Sequence record: MK250019.1
Reading direction: 5' to 3' (one strand)
Length of the DNA stretch: 64,000 nt
The translations under genes and the position numbers were made by a program. The notes under the pieces are model-generated. The model did no database searches. It had not been told where the DNA came from and saw nothing but the letters and a program-made list of their open reading frames with translations. Numbering within the stretch: the stretch's first letter is position 1; each line of letters opens with the position of its first letter. Below are positions 27,401 to 37,009 of this stretch, in pieces.

Positions 27401-28090
27401 TTATTTACTAGTTAATATCTTATCAATCATACCCTTTGTTCCGTATGATTTAGCCTCTTCTGAACTCATCCAAAAATCTCTATCAGCATCTTTCTTAATT
27501 CGAGAAAGTGTTTGTCCTGAATGTGTAGATATAATATCATATAATTCATTCTTAAGTCTATTAACTTCTTTACATGTAATCTCAATATCACTAGCTTGCG
27601 TATGTGGTCCTGTAGACGACATTGGTTGGTGGATCATCACACGTGAATGTTTCAATGCGCATCGCTTTCCTTCTGCACCTGCACATAACAAGATACTCGC
27701 CATACTTGCAGCCATTCCAGCACAAATAGTTGAAACATCTGGTCGTATAAGTTGCATAGTATCATAAATCTCAAGTCCTGAATAAACATCACCACCTGGA
27801 GAATTTATATACAGATATATATCTGCCTTTTTATCTGTTGTGTCAAGATATAACAGTTGAGATGCAATAATATTTGCACTATCTGGTGTTACTGGATTAC
27901 CAAGAAAAATAATTCTATCCATCATTAATCTTGAAAAAACATCCATCTGTGAAACATTAAGTTGACGCTCTTCAAGAATTGTAGGATTCTGATAACCATT
28001 ATAAACACCAGATTTATTAATATAATCATGTAAGTATAAACTACTTACACCATTTGAAATCATAAACTTTTCAAAATCTGTTTTTACCAT
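27401..28090 (-). CDS. clpP: ATP-dependent Clp protease proteolytic subunit (host-like)
   Basis: DVFSRLMMDRIIFLG, YINSPGG, AASMAS (Ser), MIHQP (His), RDFWMS (Asp). Confidence 0.95.
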   Translation of the reverse strand: MVKTDFEKFMISNGVSSLYLHDYINKSGVYNGYQNPTILEERQLNVSQMDVFSRLMMDRIIFLGNPVTPDSANIIASQLLYLDTTDKKADIYLYINSPGGDVYSGLEIYDTMQLIRPDVSTICAGMAASMASILLCAGAEGKRCALKHSRVMIHQPMSSTGPHTQASDIEITCKEVNRLKNELYDIISTHSGQTLSRIKKDADRDFWMSSEEAKSYGTKGMIDKILTSK

Positions 28091-28581
28091 ATATTTTTAT
28101 ATTTCTTTCTATAACAATTTTTCAATAATGATGTTACGTGAATATTAGGATAATCACAATGATTATTAGGATTTGTTTCTGTATATATATCAGGATAAGA
28201 ATCTAATATAAATTTAACAACACCTTGTGACCTTGAAATTCCTGCTGAACAATGAACATAAATATCTTTACCTAAATTTCTTTCTATGAAATTAAATAAT
28301 TCATATGCTTGCTCATCTGATAAACCTTTAATTGATTTAGCATATTCAGTTTCCTCTTCTGAAATATCATTTCCATATGCATATGTTAAATCATAATCAG
28401 TAATATCATAGAAATCTAAATTAATAACATTTTCTGCTGAATTAAATATATGATATTCATCTGAAACATTTGGTTCACATATAGAAATTATAGCTACATT
28501 ATTTGGTAAAGTGCGATTATTCCAATTATTCTTTTCCATTAATTTTTTAAATCCATTGAAGGATTCACACCATATCTTCAT
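28084..28581 (-). CDS. Protein-tyrosine / dual-specificity phosphatase-like protein
   Basis: CX5R P-loop VHCSAGISRS. Confidence 0.85.
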   Translation of the reverse strand: MKIWCESFNGFKKLMEKNNWNNRTLPNNVAIISICEPNVSDEYHIFNSAENVINLDFYDITDYDLTYAYGNDISEEETEYAKSIKGLSDEQAYELFNFIERNLGKDIYVHCSAGISRSQGVVKFILDSYPDIYTETNPNNHCDYPNIHVTSLLKNCYRKKYKNIW

Positions 28582-29185
28582 ACTCTTTTATTTGTTTTTC
28601 AATTAACGTACATTCATCCTGATATTTCTTTACAGTTTCTAATATATTATTAATCTGCTTTTTCTTTTTATCTAATTTCTGATTCAAATGTCTAATAATA
28701 AGTTTTTTAATATCTACATAATCCGCAAAAATATTTAAAACTGCATTTCTAAATTGAATTGCACGCTGTAAAATTTCAGATATTTTTGTGTCTGTAATAT
28801 CACAACAAAATATATATGGTAACTTATCATTTAATTCATCACATGTTGACATAAATTTAGATATACAACATGATAATGCTAAATGTAACATAGAAGGTTC
28901 ATATGTTTTTGGTTCATTATCATCTTTATTTGAATCATCTATAATATCATCAAAGAAATCATTAAGCTGATAAAAAATATCTAAACATAAATCTTCTGAA
29001 TCATATATATAATCTCCTAATGTTATATTATAATCCATATAATAATCAGGAATATTTGTTAATATATCACAGTTATAACTACCAAATATATCTAATAAAA
29101 TTTTTGGATACCTTTCAGTTCCTTCTGTTTTACATAAATCAGAAAACTGTTTATATAAAGTTTTTAAATCATCATAACTTACCAT
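28565..29185 (-). CDS. Hypothetical protein
   Basis: Clean ORF with C-terminal coiled coil. Confidence 0.7.
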   Translation of the reverse strand: MVSYDDLKTLYKQFSDLCKTEGTERYPKILLDIFGSYNCDILTNIPDYYMDYNITLGDYIYDSEDLCLDIFYQLNDFFDDIIDDSNKDDNEPKTYEPSMLHLALSCCISKFMSTCDELNDKLPYIFCCDITDTKISEILQRAIQFRNAVLNIFADYVDIKKLIIRHLNQKLDKKKKQINNILETVKKYQDECTLIEKQIKEYEDMV

Positions 29186-29188
29186 AAT

Positions 29189-29884
29189 TTACTTCAATTT
29201 ATCTTTAAGATTAATTAATGTATTATTTACATTCATTGTAAAATGAAAAATTGCTTCTTTTGCACATTTATTAATATAATTATACAAATCAGTTTTTGTA
29301 ATAAAATCCATAGATTCTTCTGAATTCATCCATGACTTTGTAATAACTGCATCATGATTGCTTATAAATTTATATTCAATATGATCCCAATTATCACCGC
29401 ATAATCTGAACTCATCATAATTTATCCACACTCTATTCATTTTAATATCTACTGACTTTAACATGATATATGTTTCATCAAAATCAAAATAGTTATCATC
29501 ATATGAATTATCACCTTGTGTTATATTCTGATAAAAGATACAATTAACATCTCTTATTACTTTACCAGTATCAATATAATTATGAAGAATATAATCTCTT
29601 AATTCTATATTGTACTTTGATGAAAAATCAGTAACAGGACATTCATTTGCAATATACTCTAAACGATATAATGGTATATATCTAATATCTTCATTATTCA
29701 CATTCAAATAACGTCGTTTTACTAGTTTAAATGTATATGTATTTTTACCTATTTGAATTGTTACTTCTTCTTTTGCACAAAAATCTTGATATGTATGTAA
29801 TTTATTAAGTAGTAACTTTATATAATTAGTTACCATTTCATTTCCAAGATTATCTATAGGAATTTCATAATATTCGTATTTCAT
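29189..29884 (-). CDS. Hypothetical protein
   Basis: Clean ORF. Confidence 0.7.
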   Translation of the reverse strand: MKYEYYEIPIDNLGNEMVTNYIKLLLNKLHTYQDFCAKEEVTIQIGKNTYTFKLVKRRYLNVNNEDIRYIPLYRLEYIANECPVTDFSSKYNIELRDYILHNYIDTGKVIRDVNCIFYQNITQGDNSYDDNYFDFDETYIMLKSVDIKMNRVWINYDEFRLCGDNWDHIEYKFISNHDAVITKSWMNSEESMDFITKTDLYNYINKCAKEAIFHFTMNVNNTLINLKDKLK

Positions 29885-29961
29885 ATAACTAACTTAATTT
29901 AATAATTAAACAAAAATAGAGATTAAGAATTTATAAACAATCTTAATATCTATATAATTCT

Positions 29962-30165
29962 TTACTTATTACTTGATGAACGAATAGGAAATAGTAATCG
30001 TGAAACTGCCATCAAACACATTGCATGAATATATGTAATCTTTGGAAGACCAAAAACAAATGGCATTACATAATTCCAGCAAATCATAAAAAAGATTGCA
30101 CCAATTATAATACAAATAATTGAAATAATTACGATTCCTACAAGTTCAAATAAATGTTCCTTCAT
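29962..30165 (-). CDS. Small membrane protein
   Basis: 67 aa with two hydrophobic segments. Confidence 0.7.
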   Translation of the reverse strand: MKEHLFELVGIVIISIICIIIGAIFFMICWNYVMPFVFGLPKITYIHAMCLMAVSRLLFPIRSSSNK

Positions 30166-30273
30166 ATTACTTATTATTTTTGTTTATTATTTGTTTTATT
30201 ACTTAATAAACAATATAAAATAGAGGATATAATTTCTCTTTTATATCGTTTTTTAGCATATCTACCTTTTGAT

Positions 30274-30513
30274 TTAACTAAGGTTTCTTGTTTCATTTTT
30301 CTCATTATTATTGTAATAATTTATTAAATCAGCTTTCATTTCTTTACGAAACTGAGTATCTCTCTTTCTATTTCTAATTACTCGATCTTCTGCAATTTCA
30401 CAATTATAACGTCTCCATTTATTTAAAATAGAACGTTTATACTTAGGTTTAATTTTACCTTTATTGTCATGCATATAATCATACGCAGCTTGCTCTTTAA
30501 AATTATTACTCAT
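30274..30513 (-). CDS. Small basic hypothetical protein
   Basis: Clean ORF. Confidence 0.6.
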   Translation of the reverse strand: MSNNFKEQAAYDYMHDNKGKIKPKYKRSILNKWRRYNCEIAEDRVIRNRKRDTQFRKEMKADLINYYNNNEKNETRNLS

Positions 30514-30544
30514 TGTATCTTATATATAATTTTAGTAATGTCAG

Positions 30545-31330
30545 AAAAAGAAAAAATTAAACTTCATAAATTTGCGTTTCAAAAATTTGCTGCTACTTAC
30601 CAAATCTACAAATATGAAGTTTAATCATTTGTATTAATCTATACTGCAGAAAAATTATTATAGTATAAGTTTCATTGTAATTGAACTTTACAACTATAGT
30701 GATAATCCACTTATACCTTCTTTTACTCTAAAGACTTTTATATGCAACTTCGACATATGTAATTTATCTACATACCGTTTACATTAAAGTTACTTTATTT
30801 CATCATGCTTTTATAACCATATTCACAACCCTCTGTATATCACCGATTCATTTCTTTTCATATAGAAATCAGGGTCTTTAAGCCTCACTGTCATTGGCTA
30901 TAACTATTATCCTCAAGCACTACCAGATAAAGTCTTTTTGTTTTTATGGTGCATCTCTCATGCCTCCTTTTATCATAAAACAAACAAAACTAGTAAGACA
31001 AATAACGTTTCTTACAACTCCTACGAATTTAACTCCAAAATTAAGATACATCTCTTAATATTAAGTTGGACACTTAAATTAAGTGGATAAAGTTGTACGA
31101 CTTGAAAATATAATCACCAAAAGAATAATAATATTTTCTCAGACTTTATCATAAACGATTCACTAAATTCTTTTATGGAACTTATTTCTAATTAAATGAG
31201 GACTCATTTAAAATAGGTTCTCCCGAAACATGCGGTTTATCCATACTCATTTAAAACTTTAAATAAGCGTTGTTTATAGCACTCATCAGAATTTATTATG
31301 TATTAACATTTATAACACATCATTTGTATT
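30545..31330 (-). ncRNA. Candidate large structured ncRNA C (about 780 nt), family unidentified
   Basis: No ORF in the track between 30514 and 31501. Many helices, e.g. gataaagtct 30926-35 with agactttatc 31141-50, taaatgag/ctcattta, gtataagt/acttatac. A terminal hairpin aaacttcata...tatgaagttt is followed by a U-tract. Promoters and a boxA-like leader lie upstream. Confidence 0.6.
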
Positions 31331-31346
31331 TAATTATTCTATATAA

Positions 31347-31375
31347 CTTATATAGATATAAACACAAATTGTTTA
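31347..31375 (-). promoter_or_regulatory. Sigma70-like promoter (class II) upstream of ncRNA C
   Basis: TAAACA-N17-TATAAG. Confidence 0.45.
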
Positions 31376-31432
31376 ATAATCTAATAAACAAAATTATTAA
31401 TATTATGTTATCTTAATGTTAATTAAGAAAAA

Positions 31433-31444
31433 ATTTCAAAGAAC
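31433..31444 (-). promoter_or_regulatory. boxA-like antitermination element
   Basis: GTTCTTTGAAAT, identical to 37495-37506; resembles the bacterial rRNA-operon boxA. Confidence 0.5.
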
Positions 31445-31461
31445 ACTTTGTTTTTAATAAC

Positions 31462-31497
31462 AATACAAAGATACACATTATTTTTGAATTAAAAAAA
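31462..31497 (-). promoter_or_regulatory. Bacteroidota-type promoter, class I (points into the ORF-free region)
   Basis: Exact AATACAAAGATACA 14-mer plus the A-tract seen in the other copies. Confidence 0.8.
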
Positions 31498-31522
31498 TAT
31501 ATTGAAGAAAAAATTAATATTT

Positions 31523-32350
31523 TTATTGAACCCATGCAGATGCATATCCATTTTCTACTTTTATAATAAGGACTTCACCATTCAACCATGTATGTTCAAG
31601 ATCATAACCTTCATCTTCACTTTGCATATCTTTATACTTAGTAAGAATAAAGTTTGTAATCTCTTCAATACTTCCCTTATGATATTCAGATGTATTCAAT
31701 AATTTCAAATAATCAACATACTCTCTTGCATTCTTCATACAAGAATCAATATCCTTAAAACATGTAGTATCTATATATTCATTATTTCTATTAATAATAG
31801 ATGCAACAACACCATTAGCTAACAATTTAGAGATATTAGTAATATCCTCAAGTTTTTCGAGTTTTTCAAATTCATATTTTAACATATGTTCTGAATCACT
31901 ATCTCTATAACGTTTAATATTAAGAGTTACTGAATTCCACGTATCTACCCATGTTTTAATTGCATCTTCAATATATCCACCAAAATCATTATCACCAAAT
32001 TCAAAGGTAATCATGAAACTCTTATCAATAATATTATTATCACTAAGTTCATATGGATCACCTTTAAATTTATGTCCTTGATATAAACCATCCAAATAAG
32101 CAGTTGATATAAGATTATTAATATCTGACATTAAAGAAGGCATGAATGTTTCTTTTTTATCTTCTGATATATCATCAAGTACAATAGATGTATCAATAAT
32201 AGCTTCTATATGCTTCTTGTTATCTTTGATATATTGATTTGCAAAATCAACAAACTTCTTTCCGTATACATCAATATTCATCTTATTTACACCCTCTGCT
32301 AAAGTTTCATTAAGATTTTCTAATTCTTTCTTTATATCTACTTTTTCCAT
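31523..32350 (-). CDS. Hypothetical protein (275 aa)
   Basis: Clean ORF. Confidence 0.75.
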   Translation of the reverse strand: MEKVDIKKELENLNETLAEGVNKMNIDVYGKKFVDFANQYIKDNKKHIEAIIDTSIVLDDISEDKKETFMPSLMSDINNLISTAYLDGLYQGHKFKGDPYELSDNNIIDKSFMITFEFGDNDFGGYIEDAIKTWVDTWNSVTLNIKRYRDSDSEHMLKYEFEKLEKLEDITNISKLLANGVVASIINRNNEYIDTTCFKDIDSCMKNAREYVDYLKLLNTSEYHKGSIEEITNFILTKYKDMQSEDEGYDLEHTWLNGEVLIIKVENGYASAWVQ

Positions 32351-32369
32351 AATAAATTTTATTTAAATA

Positions 32370-33305
32370 TTACATTGATCCATCATTTGGCTGCAAACAC
32401 ATAATACCATGTTCTCTCCACATTTTTACTACTTTTGAAGAATCTTCCAAAACAAATAATACATTATAATATGGTTCAATAAATGTTTTATATAGGTTAT
32501 ACTTACAATCTGGGCCCTTTGTAAAATTCTTATATGGTCTCATCATAACCATATCTACATCACCATCCAAATTATTTTTTAACCATGTTTCAGTTGCTTT
32601 TCGTATATCAGGTGTATCTTCTCTACCTGTTAAAATAATAACTTTTACATTATCATCTTTAATATACTTATTAACTAACTTACAAATTTGTTCACATGGT
32701 ACATCATTTGTCATTGTATCAGAAGCGCCATTACCATAAAATGGTCTACCTTGCAAATTAAAACAAAGTGTTGCATCCATATCTACAAGAATACAATCTT
32801 TCTTATCCTTATCATATGGAACAAAACTATTATATTGCTTCTTATTAAGCTCTGTTGCTATAAAATTTCTATATTGACTATATGTTCTCTTAATAACAGA
32901 TTCTCCAATTGGATTTGTTCTCATTGAATCTCGCCTAATACACTCTTCAACTGAAACATCAAAGAAATCTTTAAATACAAGTTCATATTGATATTTAGTA
33001 TGTGTATTATTATAATTATCAATTCTATCCTGCATTTCTTTCCATCCCTTTGGATTAAGGTTCATATTATCCATAATAATATTTAAACCATTTTCCATTG
33101 ATGATTTAAAAAATGCATCAGTCATTTCTTTAATAATGTTTAATTTTTCTCTTTTCTCTACCCAATACTGTCCAAACATATTTCTAAGAGAATCCCAATT
33201 AATTCTAATTCGTTCTGTTGGTTTTTCCTTTGCCCATTGTTCTGCATAAGTTGACTTTCCAGAAGCTTGAATTCCCCTTGTTAATATAATTTCTCTTTTT
33301 TCCAT
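32370..33305 (-). CDS. pseT: Polynucleotide 5'-kinase / 3'-phosphatase (T4 PseT-like)
   Basis: N-terminal P-loop GIQASGKST, DSLRNM, C-terminal HAD motif DMDATL and LED. Confidence 0.9.
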   Translation of the reverse strand: MEKREIILTRGIQASGKSTYAEQWAKEKPTERIRINWDSLRNMFGQYWVEKREKLNIIKEMTDAFFKSSMENGLNIIMDNMNLNPKGWKEMQDRIDNYNNTHTKYQYELVFKDFFDVSVEECIRRDSMRTNPIGESVIKRTYSQYRNFIATELNKKQYNSFVPYDKDKKDCILVDMDATLCFNLQGRPFYGNGASDTMTNDVPCEQICKLVNKYIKDDNVKVIILTGREDTPDIRKATETWLKNNLDGDVDMVMMRPYKNFTKGPDCKYNLYKTFIEPYYNVLFVLEDSSKVVKMWREHGIMCLQPNDGSM

Positions 33306-33323
33306 TATTCTTTTTATTTCTAT

Positions 33324-33863
33324 TTAAAATTCATAACCAATACCAATATACCAATTGTATTTTGTATATGTACCTTGGATATTTACATGATTAATATTAA
33401 ATACTACAGCGGCACCATAATCAAGTCCTTCTACTTTTTCATCGATATTAAACTTATTATGAATACCATTACGGTCACAACTCCAATTATAACCATCTGT
33501 TGTACCAGTTGCATCATATGCATAACCTACCATAGGAATAATTCGCAACCAATTAGTTACAGGAACCTGATAACCAAGATGACATGTTATCGCTTTATCA
33601 TCATCCCAAACATCTACATCTACATCACTTCCATGCATACTAGGCCAACCGCCAAAATCAGCATATACACCTTTAATAGTTGTACTTACCAAAAATTCCT
33701 GTAAACCAAGATCCTGTGAACAACCAATACCTCCAAAATGTATAGCCATATTAAATGTATTATTTGCTTTCTTAAATACATCTTTATATGAATTTTGTGC
33801 CATAACATTATTAACACATACAAATGAAAGCAATACAGTCAGCATTATAATAATTTTCTTCAT
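33324..33863 (-). CDS. Outer-membrane beta-barrel protein
   Basis: Sec signal peptide (..VMA/QN), alternating beta-strand pattern and C-terminal YIGIGYEF BAM-type signal. Confidence 0.8.
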   Translation of the reverse strand: MKKIIIMLTVLLSFVCVNNVMAQNSYKDVFKKANNTFNMAIHFGGIGCSQDLGLQEFLVSTTIKGVYADFGGWPSMHGSDVDVDVWDDDKAITCHLGYQVPVTNWLRIIPMVGYAYDATGTTDGYNWSCDRNGIHNKFNIDEKVEGLDYGAAVVFNINHVNIQGTYTKYNWYIGIGYEF

Positions 33864-33905
33864 AATTTTTATTTTTAATAATTAAACTTATTGTTCTTTA
33901 TTTAC

Positions 33906-33940
33906 AATACAAAGATACATATATTTTTCCTAAATAAAAA
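33906..33940 (-). promoter_or_regulatory. Bacteroidota-type promoter, class I
   Basis: Exact 14-mer copy upstream of the OMP gene. Confidence 0.8.
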
Positions 33941-33967
33941 ACATAAATCTAATTATTTTCCTAAAAA

Positions 33968-34180
33968 TTATTCATTATCCATTGACATCCCTATAGTTGC
34001 ATTTCTCATACAATCTAAATAACCTTTCGTATATAATGATTTCATATGTTCATGTAACTTCTTTAATTTATCCGGTATATCTGTTTCTATATCTTCTGAA
34101 ATTTTATCATCACCAAATAAAGATATAAGTGAAACTCTTGATTTATAATCAGCAATATTTTTTAATTTTTCTATATTCAT
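33968..34180 (-). CDS. Hypothetical protein
   Basis: Clean ORF. Confidence 0.65.
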   Translation of the reverse strand: MNIEKLKNIADYKSRVSLISLFGDDKISEDIETDIPDKLKKLHEHMKSLYTKGYLDCMRNATIGMSMDNE

Positions 34181-34191
34181 ATTTTAAATCA

Positions 34192-34887
34192 TTATAAGTT
34201 AGATAAGACTAAACCTAAACAATATTCGTTATTAATATCACAAATAAATTTATTAAGTTGACCTTTTAACATTTCAGTGTTTATTTCAAATTCTTCTAAT
34301 ATCTCTTTTTCTTTCTTTATAGTATTAATATCTGTTTCTTTCAAATAACTATAAGTATCTTTAGTCTTAAAATTAATATTAGATATTGTATCATTTCTGA
34401 TAGAATTTATAATTAACATTACAGATAACTCATATGTATTTTCATTTAATGCTGAACCATGATAACCACATATACCTTTATTTTTCAGTTCAAAAAATAC
34501 AGGGCCATAACAGTATTTTCCTTCATGTACAATAGTTCCCAATGATTTCAAACCAAATGTCTTACATATATTAAACTTCTTATCAAGATAATCATTAAAT
34601 AATTTATTAATAAACATCATCTGATATGAAATAAAGGTATCAGCATTTAATTCTAATTTAAAATGTGTCTTATCTAAAATATCATACATTAAATCTTGTA
34701 TATTCATATCACCTAATTCTTCTTTATATAAAGATGATAAACACATATATAATCTATGTAATGTTTCTTTAATATCATAATTAATATGAACATTTTTCAA
34801 TTTATTTTCATAATAATTTAGAATTGATTTATTAATTAATGTTGCTGCATTATCAATAAAATATTTTCTATTTTCATCATATGTCAT
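34192..34887 (-). CDS. Hypothetical protein
   Basis: Clean ORF. Confidence 0.7.
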   Translation of the reverse strand: MTYDENRKYFIDNAATLINKSILNYYENKLKNVHINYDIKETLHRLYMCLSSLYKEELGDMNIQDLMYDILDKTHFKLELNADTFISYQMMFINKLFNDYLDKKFNICKTFGLKSLGTIVHEGKYCYGPVFFELKNKGICGYHGSALNENTYELSVMLIINSIRNDTISNINFKTKDTYSYLKETDINTIKKEKEILEEFEINTEMLKGQLNKFICDINNEYCLGLVLSNL

Positions 34888-34900
34888 ATAATTTAAAAAA

Positions 34901-35098
34901 TTATTTTTCTTTCATTCGTCTTAAGATATGTTTAGGTTCTGTATAATAAAAATAATCTTTTGTATTATCATCGATAATATTAAGATTGTATAATGCTTGT
35001 GAAAACCTTATATCTTTATATGTAGTGAGATATTTCTTCAGTATATCTAATATTTCCATATTAGCCTTATATCTCTCAAATGTTTCTTTATCTTCCAT
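34901..35098 (-). CDS. Hypothetical protein
   Basis: Clean ORF containing RFSQAL. Confidence 0.65.
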   Translation of the reverse strand: MEDKETFERYKANMEILDILKKYLTTYKDIRFSQALYNLNIIDDNTKDYFYYTEPKHILRRMKEK

Positions 35099-35140
35099 TT
35101 AAAATAACGGATTAATTTTTATTTCATCTGTTTTAGAATA

Positions 35141-35497
35141 TTAAGTTACATTTAATCTCAATGTTTCATTTAACCATTCTGCAATTAAATGTCTATGACA
35201 AAATTCATCTGGTTTTTCAAAACAACATAATGCGCAGTCATTTCCATTAGATATAAATTTAATTCTATCTACAAATATAGATGGATCTTTAAATAAAGAT
35301 AAAACTTCATTTTTATATCGTTTTCTGAATTCCTGATGATTAGATCTACAGTTATTTAATATATCAGGTGTAGGAGCAATTGCTATTAAATTAGGTCCAT
35401 GAAAATCTTTTGGTGGATAACAGCATATTCCTATTGGAACTATATTATTCTCTTTTAATTTCTTTAGATTTCCAAAATAACTCGTATATATCTTCAT
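35141..35497 (-). CDS. DUF488-like protein
   Basis: IYTSYF, LCCFEKPDEFCHRHLIAEWL. Confidence 0.7.
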   Translation of the reverse strand: MKIYTSYFGNLKKLKENNIVPIGICCYPPKDFHGPNLIAIAPTPDILNNCRSNHQEFRKRYKNEVLSLFKDPSIFVDRIKFISNGNDCALCCFEKPDEFCHRHLIAEWLNETLRLNVT

Positions 35498-35500
35498 ATA

Positions 35501-35716
35501 TTATTTAAAAATATCTTCTAATTTTTTATATTCATCTTTTGATATATCATATTTAACAACTGAAGATGAATGAGCAGAACTCAAAGTATTACAAGTATCT
35601 ATATGGTAAGAATTATCATATCTATCAAGATAAAAACGTACTATACATGAAATATTAATATAACCGGCACTTTTTGTATATATAAATTTTGTCTTATTAT
35701 TCTTCAACTTTATCAT
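35501..35716 (-). CDS. Hypothetical protein
   Basis: Clean ORF. Confidence 0.6.
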   Translation of the reverse strand: MIKLKNNKTKFIYTKSAGYINISCIVRFYLDRYDNSYHIDTCNTLSSAHSSSVVKYDISKDEYKKLEDIFK

Positions 35717-35776
35717 AGTATAAAAACATTATTATATATTTTTTATATAATATTAAATTGATTTTGTTTAATATAA

Positions 35777-36100
35777 ATGGCAGGTTTTGTATATCTTATT
35801 TGTAACCCTGATTAGAATTGTTATAAAATCGGAGTAACAAGGGATTTAGCATAGAAACGATTAAAATAGTTATAGACAGGAAATTCATCAAAATTACATA
35901 TAGTTCATTCTGTATATAGTGAATATCCATTTAGGTTAGAATCTATGTTACATAAAACATTTGATTCAAAACGTTCTGAAGGTGAATGGTTTAATTTAGA
36001 ATAGAAGGATGTAATTAATTTTAAAGATATATGTAATGAAAAAATTAATATTATTAATATTATGAAAGATAATCCATTCTTTAATAAAGATTTAAAATGA
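35777..36100 (+). CDS. T5orf172/MUG113-like GIY-YIG-superfamily protein, 107 aa, 5 in-frame TAG (absent from the ORF track)
   Basis: GFVYLI...YKIGVT...KRLK(TAG)L(TAG)TGN...ESMLHKTF...GEWF; ends at TGA 36098. Confidence 0.88.
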
Positions 36101-36102
36101 AT

Positions 36103-36140
36103 AAAGGTGATATAAGAATTCAATAACTTATATCACCTTT
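36103..36140. terminator. Bidirectional intrinsic terminator
   Basis: 14-bp stem aaaggtgatataag/cttatatcaccttt between convergent genes. Confidence 0.9.
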
Positions 36141-36145
36141 ATTTT

Positions 36146-36412
36146 TTACTTGTTTAATTCTTTATTTAATTCAATCATTTCATCTTCAGGTAATTCATGT
36201 AAATTAATGAAATTATCTATATCTAATAATCCATATTTCAGCATATATGCAATTGTCATTCTTACTGCATAATCTGCTACATCATATGTAGATGCAATTT
36301 CCATATTAGATAAATCTGGATTTTGTAATGTTATTGTTGAAATATTATCTGATAAATCATTAATTGCATCCTTTAATGAATTTATCTGGTTATTTGTTAA
36401 TGTATTACTCAT
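36146..36412 (-). CDS. Hypothetical protein
   Basis: Clean ORF. Confidence 0.7.
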   Translation of the reverse strand: MSNTLTNNQINSLKDAINDLSDNISTITLQNPDLSNMEIASTYDVADYAVRMTIAYMLKYGLLDIDNFINLHELPEDEMIELNKELNK

Positions 36413-36436
36413 TTTATTTTTTATTATAATTTAAAT

Positions 36437-36475
36437 AAAAAAGATGTTATTAAATTGTGAAAATTTAATAACATC
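36437..36475 (-). terminator. Intrinsic terminator closing the ncRNA A/B unit
   Basis: 13-bp stem gatgttattaaat/atttaataacatc followed by a U6 tract on the minus strand. Confidence 0.8.
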
Positions 36476-36529
36476 AAGAACTTATGAAAAACTGCTTAAA
36501 AATATTCTATTCTTTTTATGGAATATGTT

Positions 36530-36945
36530 TTAGATTTTTGTACAAACATAAGGTTCTGCCCCTTATGATTCATTTTAACGTTTGCTCGTTATAATGAATG
36601 TTCATACTGAACTTTGTTATGTCCATGAGGACAAATGGCTGAGAACTTGACCAACACCGACTCTCTATGCTGTAACGTTGGAGTTACATGTTCACACAAC
36701 TCTTATTTCTAAGAGGTAGAGAGCATACCCACGACTTTTGTGAAAAATCGTAAACTCTTACTTGATAGGTTTCATAGAAATTCATTTCATACCAACTTCC
36801 TTGGAAGGATTCAATATGTCCCCACATTTAGCACGATACTACTTTTACTATTCTCATGTCTTTCCTTGCGGTACTCGAATCATGTCTACATATTTCAGTA
36901 GAATAAGGGTATTTTAACCACCAAGTGTCGCACACTTTTGCTTTT
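36530..36945 (-). ncRNA. Candidate structured ncRNA B (about 410 nt), family unidentified
   Basis: About 40% GC in 36601-36720. Nested hairpins include ctctta-GAAA-taagag, cc-GCAA-gg, ctctcta/tagagag, tgtaac/gttaca, cataagg/ccttatg and ctac-TGAAATAT-gtag. No ORF. Confidence 0.7.
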
Positions 36946-37009
36946 GTATAATTTATATACTTAAATAATGTAATCCTAATATTATTATTCTTTATATATT
37001 ATATTTGAT

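Noticed and set aside
31270-31295. Hammerhead ribozyme (CTGATGAG on the minus strand)
   Set aside because: No properly placed GAAA with stem II follows.
36530-36945. Group II intron (GTGCGACAC near the 5' end of RNA B) or RNase P RNA (AAGGAAAG)
   Set aside because: No domain V AGC/CGC helix, no flanking exons or RT ORF, and no GAGGAAAGTCC or RNase P CR-V motif.
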